Of a stretch of 64,000 bases of DNA, positions 8,995 through 18,394 are shown piece by piece. Under the pieces are notes generated by a model. That model made no database searches. It had not been told where the DNA came from and was given only the letters and a program-made list of their open reading frames with translations. Origin of the DNA: an uncultured Chloroflexia bacterium (lineage in GTDB: Bacteria > Chloroflexota > Anaerolineae > Anaerolineales > Villigracilaceae); assembly GCA_963760315.1 (NCBI GenBank), contig CAVXCK010000007.1, forward strand, positions 268,481 to 332,480, given 5' to 3'. Position numbers and translations under genes: made by a program. How positions within the stretch are numbered: position 1 is the first letter of the stretch; every line of letters starts with the position of its first letter.

Positions 8995-10523
8995 ATGCGT
9001 AAGTCAATATTTGTGTTGGTTGCGATCTTTATGGTTGCCGCCATGGTACTAAGCTCCTGCGCTCCGGCACCCACCACGGCTCCGGTCGCTCCAGCCACTT
9101 CAGTACCACCGACTGCCGTTCCTGGAGCAACCGAAGGTCCGACCGCCGTACCGCCGACCCCAACCTTGACTCCTTACCCCGTCGCGAACTGCCAAGCTGG
9201 CAAGATCTGTGTGCGCTTATTCGTTGGTCTGGGCGGTGGTACTGATCTCGCCGCGATCGCCGTCGAGGAATCCATTATCGCAGACTTCAACGCTTCCCAG
9301 GACAAGATCCAAGGGATCCTCGAAGTCATTCCCCATGCTGCCGGCCGCGATACACTGGCGACCGAGATAGCTGCGGGCAATGGCCCCGATCTCGTTGGTC
9401 CTGTCGGTTGGGCTGGCGCGAATGAATTCTACGGTCAGTGGCTATGACCTCACCCCTTTAATCCAGGCCAGCAATTTTGACACCTCCATCTTCGACCCGG
9501 CGCTGGTTGCGTTCTACCAGACCGAAGAGGGCCAGGTTGGCCTGCCCTTCGGTATTTTCCCCGGTGGTATGTTCTTCATTCCCGCCATGTTCGACGAGCA
9601 GGGCCTCTCTTACCCGCCTCAGAAATACGGCGAAAAGTACAAGATGCCGGATGGCACGATGGTTGACTGGAACTGGGACACCGTCACGAAGATTGCCAAG
9701 CTGCTGACCGTCGACAAGAACGGCAAGAACTCCACCGAAGCCGGCTTCGACAGCAACCCAGATCGTGCAGATTGGTTACACCCCGCAGTACCAGAGCGGC
9801 CAATCCATCGCCACCTTCTACGGCGGCGCCAGCTCGATCTACTCCGGCGCCAAGGGTGCCTGGAAAGCTGCCATCCCCGACAGCTGGAAAGCTGCCTGGC
9901 AATGGTACTATGATGGCATGTGGGGCGCTCAGCCCTTTACCGCCACCGGCCCGCTGGCCAGCTCCACCGAATTTGGCGCCGGCAACGTCTTCAACAGCGG
10001 CAAGGCTGCCATGGGCCTGACCCAGACCTGGTACACCTGCTGCCTGGGCGACCTGGACAAGGCTGGCGTTGTATGGCAGGTTGGTATTCAACCGATGGGC
10101 AATGCTGATGGCAAGGTACATGGCCGTGTGGATGCCGACACCATCCGCATCTGGAAGGGCACCAAGCACCCCGCTGAAGCCTTCACCAGTTCCTGACTTA
10201 CCTGATCACCACCGGTGGCGATAAATTCCTGCCCGCCATGGGTGCCATGCCCGCTATTACACTCCAAGATTGACGCCTTCTTCGCCGCGAAATCGGCGCA
10301 GTATCCGAACGTCACGCAGGCGAGCTGGGATGTCTTCAAGGCCGGTGTGGCTTATCCTGACCGCCCGAGTGCTGAAGGCTGGATGCCGGGTAACAACACC
10401 GAAGACTCTGCCCGCATCGCAACCTTCATCAGCCTGTTGCAGACCACTCCGCCCGACAAGCTCGACTTCAATGCCGAGTTCCAAAAATTGCAGGACGACC
10501 TGACAGTGATCTTCAATAAGTAA
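8995..10523 (+). pseudogene. sugar ABC transporter substrate-binding lipoprotein (family 1), at least 4 frame changes
   Basis: Lipoprotein signal MRKSIFVLVAIFMVAAMVLSSC plus a PT-rich linker. Continuity runs across ORFs 8995..9447, 9380..9913, 9765..10196 and 10215..10523. Confidence 0.8.
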
Positions 10524-10542
10524 CTTTGAAGGTGTATACCTT

Positions 10543-10571
10543 AGGTGGGTCAGCCATTGGCTGACCCACCT
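10543..10571 (+). other. intercistronic stem-loop after the SBP gene
   Basis: AGGTGGGTCAGCCA / TGGCTGACCCACCT form near-perfect 14-bp arms with no T-tract. The RBS AAGGAG and the ATG at 10596 follow. Confidence 0.6.
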
Positions 10572-10595
10572 AACATCCTGAATAAGGAGTACCCC

Positions 10596-11592
10596 ATGTT
10601 AGAGCAATTGTCACATCTTCCCAAGCTGCCCTCCATTGGTTCTTTCCGCAAGATGTCGCGGATGGCGCGGCGTGAAATGTGGGTGGGGCTTGCTTTTCTA
10701 TCTCCCTGGCTTATTGGTTTCGTGGTATTTACCCTCATTCCGCTCGTTGCCACGTTCGTTTTCAGCTTCGCCAATCTGAAGATCACCAGGGCATTACGAG
10801 CTCTTTAAAATTTGTGGGATTCAGCAATTATATCCAGTACTTCAAAGATCCTCAGATCTGGAGCAACTCCACTGGTAACCCTGGTTCCTGGTTGATCATG
10901 CTTAGGTTTGGGTTGATTTCCCTGCCGGTCGGCATCATTGTGCCGCTGGCGTTGGCGCTCCTGTTGAACAACAAGGATCTCAAAGGGAAAGTGGTGGCCC
11001 GTACTTTGTTTTATATGCCCACCATTGTTCCTCTCGTCGCTGGAGTCTTTATTTGGAACGGTATACTCAACTCCGAAACCGGCTGGATCAACCGGGCACT
11101 GATATCGCTGGGCGTGCCGAAAACCAGTGTACCCGGTTGGATCAATAGCACCACCTGGGTCTACCCTGCTTATGTCATTATCGGTCTATGGGCTCTCGGC
11201 AGCCCCATGTTGATCACGCTGGCCGGCTTGCAAGGGGTGCCGACAGAACTCTATGACGCCGCCAAAGTGGACGGGGCCAACAGTTGGCAGGCCTTCTGGA
11301 ATGTAACCTTCCCGATGATTTCGCCGGTCATCTTCTATAATTTGATCCTTGCAGGTAGTATTTCTGTTCCAGTACTACCTGATTCCCTTCGTGCTTAATA
11401 ACGGAAATGGAGCCCCGGGCGGCACCACGATGTTCTACAATGTATACTTGGTGAGGACCTTCTTAACCTTCATGAACATGTCGTATGGCGCGACGATGGC
11501 AATTGGATTGTTTGTGGCCATTTTGGTGGCCACCATCATCCTTTTTGCGAACCGCCAAATACTGGGTCTATTATGCCGGAGAACGCCGCTAA
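10596..11592 (+). pseudogene. sugar ABC transporter permease (MalF/UgpA-like), at least 3 frame changes
   Basis: TM-rich pieces 10545..10808, 10679..11398 and 11349..11609. Contains the EAA-loop-like motif YDAAKVDGANSWQAFWNVTFP. The reconstructed C-terminus is KYWVYYAGERR, with stop at 11590..11592. Confidence 0.8.
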
Positions 11593-11609
11593 TCGGGAGG
11601 TATGAGTAA

Positions 11610-12684
11610 ATGAACTCACATAAAGTGAAGCAGGCTCCGCAGCGTATTCAGCAAGCATCTTTACCACGGGCTTTACCATATTCCTCCTGGCGCTCTTTCT
11701 CTCGCCTTTCGCCTTTATGGTATCCTCCTCGCTCAAGACCCAAGCCCAGAGGACCATCCTGGGCGGGCCGATCTGGCCAGCTGTGCCGGTAAGCATTCAG
11801 TACAATGGCAAGCCAGCTGACGTGTACAAAGTGCCGGTAAATACGTGTGAGGGCTTATAGTTCGAATGACAAATCTGTACAAGCCCTGGCGCTTGTCAAA
11901 AAAGGTCTGAAGCAAAGCGAGTTTGTCGACCCGAAGAATCTCCAAAAGGGAGAATTCACGTGTGTCTTATCCTGGCGTGCAACTCCCCGCTACTTTGCAT
12001 TCTCTCCCGCATGGTCAAATTACTTGACAGTCTGGAATGGGATCAACTACCCGCGCCTGTTATGGAACACCACCTTCTACGCAGTCTCCACCTGGATCGG
12101 CACGCTCATTTCCTGCACACTGGTGGCATACGGTTTTGCCCGCTTTCAGATTCCCCGGACGCGACCTCCTGTTCATGGTGTTGATTTCCACCATCTTCCT
12201 CCCCGCCGCAGTCACCGTCATTCCACTCTATACTTTCTTCGTGAAGATTCACCTGGTAGGCACCTGGCTGCCGTTGATTCTTCCTCATTTCTTCGCCAAT
12301 GCGTACAACGTGTTCCTGCTGCGACAGTATTTCATGACCTTGCCGCGCGAGCTGGATGAAGCCGCCACAGTGGATGGCGCCGGTCCGTTCCGCGTCCTGT
12401 GGTCGGTCATTCTGCCTCAGTCCATACCGGTGATGCTGGCCATTACAGTCTTCCATATTGTTTTTGCATGGAACGACTACTTCGGCCCGTTGATTTACCT
12501 CAAGCCCAACACCCAGCTCTACCCCATATCTGTGGCGCTCCAATATTTCGTAGGCCTGTATGCCCAATATCCAGAACTTGTCCAGGCCGGCGCGATGATG
12601 GCGTTGGTTCTGCCCTTGATCCTGTTCATAATCGCCCAACGCTACTTCATCCAGGGCATCGTCATCACCGGCGTTGAAAAATAA
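11610..12684 (+). pseudogene. sugar ABC transporter permease (MalG/UgpE-like), at least 3 frame changes
   Basis: Pieces 11610.., 11847..12359 and 12037..12684, with the motif LDEAATVDGAGPFRVLWSVILPQS. An RBS GGGAGG lies upstream of the ATG at 11610. Confidence 0.75.
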
Positions 12685-13628
12685 TGCTTCTCCTTTATGG
12701 AGGATCCACTGTACCCGCTCTGCGCCGGTTTTCATTAAAGTTGTTCCGAGCATGGGGAGTCTTCTTAATTATCCTGGTCGCCTGCAGACCGGTAGCCACC
12801 CCGGTGCCCACGTCGACACCCACGTCGCTCCCGGACTGGGAACGCACTGGATGGACCCTGGTCTGGCACGACGAGTTCGACGGGGAGGCGCTCAATCTGG
12901 CCGACTGGACGTATGACCTCGGCGGTAGCGGCTGGGGGAACAATGAGCGCCAGTACTACACCGCTCGCCCGGAGAATGCCCGCCTCGAAGAGGGCATGCT
13001 GGTCATCGAGGCGCACGCCGAGCAGTATCTCCAGAGTAATTACACTTCAGCCCGCATCAAAACCGAGGATTTGCATGCCTGGACCTACGGCCGCATCGAG
13101 GCCCGCATGCAGTTGCCCTATGGTAACGGAGTCTGGCCAGCCTTCTGGATGCTGGGATCTGACATTGGCCAGATGGGATGGCCGGCCAGCGGTGAGATTG
13201 ACATCATGGAGCATATCGGCCGTGAAGCCACGCAAATATACGGCACCGTGCATGGTCCGGGATACTCTGGGGCTGGCGGGGTGGGAGGCTCGATCATTCT
13301 CCCGTCCGGGTCGCTTTCGGATGAATTCCATGTCTATGCCATCGAGTGGGATCCCGCCCAGATCCGCTGGTACATGGACGATGAACAATACTTCCAGGTC
13401 ACACCCGGCCTCCTGCCCGGTGATTGGGTGTACGACAACCCGTTTTTCATAATAATCAATCTTGCTGTCGGCGGTGACTGGCCGGGTTATCCGGATGAAA
13501 CCACGGTCTTTCCGCAGTATTTAAAGGTGGATTACGTACGGGTCTACCAGCATCCCGAGCTGGTCGGGGAATACCAGGGTCAGCCTGACGCGATGCACCC
13601 GGGAGGAATTTCCCTCACCACCAGGTGA
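12684..13628 (+). CDS. GH16 endo-beta-1,3(-1,4)-glucanase (laminarinase-like), secreted lipoprotein; probable C-terminal extension lost by a frameshift
   Basis: Signal with lipobox (ILVAC). Catalytic motif GEIDIMEH (ExDxxE), plus WPAFWMLG and NLAVGG. The start overlaps the permease stop (TAATG). Confidence 0.85.
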   Translation: MLLLYGGSTVPALRRFSLKLFRAWGVFLIILVACRPVATPVPTSTPTSLPDWERTGWTLVWHDEFDGEALNLADWTYDLGGSGWGNNERQYYTARPENARLEEGMLVIEAHAEQYLQSNYTSARIKTEDLHAWTYGRIEARMQLPYGNGVWPAFWMLGSDIGQMGWPASGEIDIMEHIGREATQIYGTVHGPGYSGAGGVGGSIILPSGSLSDEFHVYAIEWDPAQIRWYMDDEQYFQVTPGLLPGDWVYDNPFFIIINLAVGGDWPGYPDETTVFPQYLKVDYVRVYQHPELVGEYQGQPDAMHPGGISLTTR

Positions 13629-13991
13629 ACAGCGACAGCACTTGGCAGGCGGTCGCGACTATCGCCATTGTGGACGAAAACCGCGATCCGGGCGAGAGCT
13701 CCCGCCTCAGGGGCGGCTGGGTCGAGGTGGTTGATCTTGGAGAGACCGACGCGCAGACCGATGCTGCCGGGACGGTCGGGTCGACCTCCGCCCCATCACC
13801 CTGCTCCGGCGAGTTGTCCTTCTGCATCACGAGTGTGATCCACGGCAGGTACACCTACAACAAATCTATCAACGACCGCAATTGGGGGGAGATCGAACAT
13901 CGAGCCCTAAGGTTTCTGATTGAGCAGGAACCCAGGCTGGAGAAGGAATGCAGGACGAATTCAGCCTGCGCTGATCTGAAAGGACAACGTT

Positions 13992-15947
13992 ATGAAGTGC
14001 CTGGCTTCCAGCATATTACTGATTGCGATATTACTCTCGTCGTGCGCCGCGCCCGTGGGGAACCAAACACTCACCGCGCCTTCAGCGACTGAAACGGCAA
14101 TTCCTGTTAAGTCGGAATGCTATACCAAAGATTTGTCCACCTCGATCCAACAACGCGTGGAGTTGCTGTTAGCCTGTATGACCTTGGAAGAAAAGATTGG
14201 CCAGATGACGCAGGTGGAGAAGAACAGCATTAAAACCGGCGACATTGCCGAATACTTCATCGGTTCGATTTTGAGCGGTGGGGGTGGCTCACCCAATAAC
14301 AACACTCCCACTGGTTGGGCCGAAATGATACACGCCTTTCAGGATGAAGCGCTCGCCACCCGGCTCGGCATTCCGCTCATTTACGGGGTGGATGCCGTGC
14401 ATGGACATGGAAACTTGTATGGTGCAACGATTTTCCCTCAGGAGATTGGTCTGGGCGCAGCCAACGCCCCCGACCTGATGGAACGCATTGGGCGCGCCAC
14501 AGCCACCGAAATGCTGGCTACCGGAGCGACCTGGAATTTCGCACCGGTGATGGCTGTCCCGCAGGACATCCGCTGGGGACGCACCTATGAAGCATACAGT
14601 GAGAATACTACCCTTGTTTCGACATTGGGCGCGGCTTATATCAGAGGACTTCAAAGCCAGCCGGAAGGATTCAATGCTGAGGCCGGAGATTCGATTTACG
14701 TACTGGCAACGCCCAAGCATTTCCTTGGTGACGGCGGGACGGTATATGGGAGTTCCACACAGATTGGCATGAAGCCCTACCTGCTTGACCAGGGCGACAT
14801 GCAGGTGGACGAGGCCACCGTGCGCGCCTTATACCTCCCGCCCTACGAGGCGGCTGTTGAGGCCGGCGCAATGAGCGTGATGGTTTCTTTCAGCAGTTGG
14901 AATGGGACCAAGATGCATGCCCAAAAATACCTGATTACCGATGTACTCAAGGGCGAATTGGGCTTCAAGGGTTTCGTCGTCTCAGACTGGGGCGGCATCG
15001 ACCAGATTGACTCGAACGATTACTACAAATCCGTGGTCACCGCGGTCAACTCAGGTGTGGATATGAACATGGTCCCGTACGACTATGTCCGTTTCATCGA
15101 CACTATGAAGCAAGCCGTGGCGAAGGGCGACATCCTGCAGGAGCGGATTGATGACGCCGTGCGTCGTATCCTGACCGTTAAATTCATGCTTGGCCTGGTC
15201 TACCACCCGTACCCCGATCCAGCGCTGTTGTCCAGCATCCGCTCGCCGGAGCATCTTGACCTGGCGCGCGAGGCGGTGCGCAAATCACTGGTTTTGTTGA
15301 CAAATGTAGCCAACGCCTTGCCGCTCCTCAAAAATGTACCTGTAATTTTTGTTGCAGGCCAGGGTGCGGATAATATCGGTATGCAGGTAGGTGGCTGGAC
15401 GATTGAATGGCAGGGGAAAATGGGCAATATTACGCCTGGTACGACCATCCTGGATGGCATTAAGGTGGCGGTGTCTGCCAATACAACGGTTGAATATAAC
15501 AGGTTCGGCAAGTTTGACGATAATGCAGACATTGGCATAGTTGTCGTAGGTGAACAACCATATGCCGAGGGCTTGGGTGATGCCAGCAACTTGCGCCTTT
15601 CAAATGCGGATATTGGCACCATCACCAATGTCCGCGAGCGTGTTAATAAGTTGATCGTTATTATCCTTTCCGGCCGACCATTGGTCATTACTGAGCAACT
15701 CCCGCTGGCTGATGCCTGGGTGGCGGCCTGGCTGCCCGGCACCGAAGGCGCAGGGATAGCAGACGTGTTGTTTGGCGATTATCCATTTACCGGGAAATTA
15801 TCCTACACTTGGCCGCGTACCAATGAGCAGCTTCCTATCAACATTAATAACGCTGGTAACAGAACCGGCTGCGACGGCTCACTCTTTCCGTTCGGGTACG
15901 GTCTGGAATTCGGGGAGAACACGCCGGTGATTTTGGACTGTAAATAA
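13992..15947 (+). CDS. GH3 beta-glucosidase / exo-beta-glucanase, lipoprotein
   Basis: Intact 651-aa ORF. Signal MKCLASSILLIAILLSSC, GH3 motifs (GVDAVHG, KHFLGDGG, FVVSDWGGID) and a C-terminal alpha/beta domain. Confidence 0.9.
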   Translation: MKCLASSILLIAILLSSCAAPVGNQTLTAPSATETAIPVKSECYTKDLSTSIQQRVELLLACMTLEEKIGQMTQVEKNSIKTGDIAEYFIGSILSGGGGSPNNNTPTGWAEMIHAFQDEALATRLGIPLIYGVDAVHGHGNLYGATIFPQEIGLGAANAPDLMERIGRATATEMLATGATWNFAPVMAVPQDIRWGRTYEAYSENTTLVSTLGAAYIRGLQSQPEGFNAEAGDSIYVLATPKHFLGDGGTVYGSSTQIGMKPYLLDQGDMQVDEATVRALYLPPYEAAVEAGAMSVMVSFSSWNGTKMHAQKYLITDVLKGELGFKGFVVSDWGGIDQIDSNDYYKSVVTAVNSGVDMNMVPYDYVRFIDTMKQAVAKGDILQERIDDAVRRILTVKFMLGLVYHPYPDPALLSSIRSPEHLDLAREAVRKSLVLLTNVANALPLLKNVPVIFVAGQGADNIGMQVGGWTIEWQGKMGNITPGTTILDGIKVAVSANTTVEYNRFGKFDDNADIGIVVVGEQPYAEGLGDASNLRLSNADIGTITNVRERVNKLIVIILSGRPLVITEQLPLADAWVAAWLPGTEGAGIADVLFGDYPFTGKLSYTWPRTNEQLPININNAGNRTGCDGSLFPFGYGLEFGENTPVILDCK

Positions 15948-15988
15948 ATGGTGATGAGATTTTGCAGGAATCATAGAAGGTGTAAATC

Positions 15989-18262
15989 ATGAAGAATATT
16001 AACAACTTGATTAAGAAAATGACGCTGGAAGAAAAAGCTGCCCTTTGTACCGGGGCCAGCGCTTGGACGACGACTCCGATTGAACGCCTGGGATTGCCGG
16101 AAATGACCGTTTCGGATGGTCCACACGGCGTGCGCCGCGAGGCAGAGGTTAGCAACTTGATCCCAACTAGCCTGCCCGCCACCTGTTTTCCGACCGCCTC
16201 GTCCATGGCCTCCACTTGGGATGTGGATTTAATCCTCGCCTTGGGGCGGGCGCTGGCGGAGGAGTGCATCGCCCTGAAGGTCGACGTGATCCTCGGTCCC
16301 GGAGTGAACATGAAGCGCACTCCCTTGGGCGGGCGCAACTTCGAGTATTATTCTGAAGACCCCTACCTCGCCGGGCAAATGGCCACCAGCTTCATCAATG
16401 GCGTGCAAAGCAAAGGTGTTGGTACTTCCCTCAAGCATTTCGCCGCCAACAACCAGGAGTCCCTGCGTTTCACCATAAGCTCCGAAGTGGACGAACGTAC
16501 CCTGCGAGAGATTTACCTGACTGCCTTCGAGACCGCCGTAAAGAAGGCCAAGCCCTGGACGGTGATGTGCGCTTACAACAAGCTCAACGGCACCTACTGC
16601 TCCGAGAATCACAGGTTGCTGGTGGATATCCTCAAAGACGAGTGGGGGTTCGAGGGCTTCATCGTCTCCGACTGGGGCGCCGTACACGACCGTGTGGCAT
16701 CTTTGAAGGGCGGCCTGGACCTGGAAATGCCCGGCCCGAGGGAAAGACGGGTAAAGGCGGTTGTGGAAGCCGTCCGTTCCGGCGCAATGGACGAATCCGT
16801 GCTGGACGATTCGGTACGGCGGATCCTGGGCATCGTCTTCAAGGCTGCCGGGACCTCCAAAGGTGCTTCGTTTGACGCCGCTGCGCATCACGCCCTGGCA
16901 CGTCGGATTGCTGGAGAAGGTATGGTATTGCTTAAGAACAATGGAATTCTACCTTTACAGGACCAGCAACATATCGCTATCATCGGTCGCTCTGCCGAAG
17001 TAGCGCACTTCCAGGGTGGAGGCAGCTCGCACATCAATCCCACCCAGGTGGATAACCCGTATAAGGAACTGCAAGAATTGGCCGGGAACGCCGAGTTGAC
17101 CTATTCCGAGGGGTATCCAGCGGGCACTGCTTTCGACCAGTCACTCATCGACGAAGCCGTGAAGAACGCCTGTTCCGCCGACGTGGTCTTGCTTTATATT
17201 GCCCTGCCTGATTCCAAGGAGTCAGAAGGATATGACCGGCAGGACCTCGACCTGACACCACAGCAGGTTTCCTTGATTATGGCTGTAACAACTGTCCAGC
17301 CCAAGACTGTCGTCATCCTTAATAATGGCGCCCCGGTGGTGATGAGCGATTGGATAGATGGCACCGCTGCTGTTCTGGAGGCTTGGATGATGGGACAGGC
17401 TGGCGGCGGGGCAATTGCCGATGTACTCTATGGAAAGGTCAACCCCTCCGGCAGGTTGGCGGAGACTTACCCGCTAAAGTTGGTGGATACACCCGCCTAC
17501 ATCAACTTCCCCGGAGGAAACAGAGAGGTGCGTTACGGTGAGGGCATCTTCATTGGCTATCGTTATTATGAGGCCAAAGAGGTACCGGTGCAGTTCCCCT
17601 TTGGTTACGGGATGAGCTATACCACTTTCAAATACAAGAATCCCAAAGTGTCAGCGGAAACGTTCAGAGATATCGATGGCCTGACCGTTTCTGTGGATGT
17701 GACCAACACTGGCAAAGTGGCCGGCAAGGAAGTGGTCCAGGTGTACGTGCACGACCACAAATCGGGGTTGGTTCGCCCTCTAAAAGAGCTCAAGGGCTTC
17801 ACCAAGGTTGAGCTCCAACCCCGCGAGACCAAGACAGTGACCCTGGCGCTCGATTTCCGTGCCTTTGCTTTTTATCATCCCGCCTATCAGCAGTGGATCA
17901 CCGAAGATGGTGAGTTCGATATCCTGGTCGGGGCTTCATCTGCCGATATCCGCTGCACCCAGACTGTGACGCTGAAATCCACGCTGGAACTTCCCTGCCT
18001 GCTGAACCGCGAATCGACCCTGGGCGACTGGATGGAGGATCCGCGCGGCAAGCGTGCCTTCGCTCCGCACTTCCAGCAAATGTCAGCTCAGATGGAGGCT
18101 ACCTTTGGTGGGGGAGAAGACGAAGCTGCCAGGATGGACAGAATGGGCTTTCTGATGGAAATGCCTTTATGGCGTGTGCTCCACTTCCAGGAGGCTGCTC
18201 TGCCGATGCCTCCTGAAGATTTGTTGGATGGCTTGCTCGCGCAAGTCAAGCAAGATGACTAA
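15989..18262 (+). CDS. GH3 beta-glucosidase (BglX-like, with Fn3-like C-terminal domain), cytoplasmic
   Basis: Intact 757-aa ORF with no signal peptide. Motifs SDGPHGVR, KHFAANNQE and FIVSDWGAV. Confidence 0.9.
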   Translation: MKNINNLIKKMTLEEKAALCTGASAWTTTPIERLGLPEMTVSDGPHGVRREAEVSNLIPTSLPATCFPTASSMASTWDVDLILALGRALAEECIALKVDVILGPGVNMKRTPLGGRNFEYYSEDPYLAGQMATSFINGVQSKGVGTSLKHFAANNQESLRFTISSEVDERTLREIYLTAFETAVKKAKPWTVMCAYNKLNGTYCSENHRLLVDILKDEWGFEGFIVSDWGAVHDRVASLKGGLDLEMPGPRERRVKAVVEAVRSGAMDESVLDDSVRRILGIVFKAAGTSKGASFDAAAHHALARRIAGEGMVLLKNNGILPLQDQQHIAIIGRSAEVAHFQGGGSSHINPTQVDNPYKELQELAGNAELTYSEGYPAGTAFDQSLIDEAVKNACSADVVLLYIALPDSKESEGYDRQDLDLTPQQVSLIMAVTTVQPKTVVILNNGAPVVMSDWIDGTAAVLEAWMMGQAGGGAIADVLYGKVNPSGRLAETYPLKLVDTPAYINFPGGNREVRYGEGIFIGYRYYEAKEVPVQFPFGYGMSYTTFKYKNPKVSAETFRDIDGLTVSVDVTNTGKVAGKEVVQVYVHDHKSGLVRPLKELKGFTKVELQPRETKTVTLALDFRAFAFYHPAYQQWITEDGEFDILVGASSADIRCTQTVTLKSTLELPCLLNRESTLGDWMEDPRGKRAFAPHFQQMSAQMEATFGGGEDEAARMDRMGFLMEMPLWRVLHFQEAALPMPPEDLLDGLLAQVKQDD

Positions 18263-18394
18263 CCAGTCCCAGATTTCCGGGATTTTTAGCCCGCACGACT
18301 GGTTAGAATTCTTCTCGGCTTGCATCTCTGGATGAAGTCAGGTTGCACCAGGTGATTCCTTTCGCTAGACTTTCACTATCACTGAGAGGATAAT

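Noticed and set aside
13625-14092. ORF 13625..14092 as an independent gene.
   Set aside because: Its 5' part looks like the frameshifted continuation of GH16. Its 3' part overlaps the well-supported GH3 start and signal peptide in another frame.
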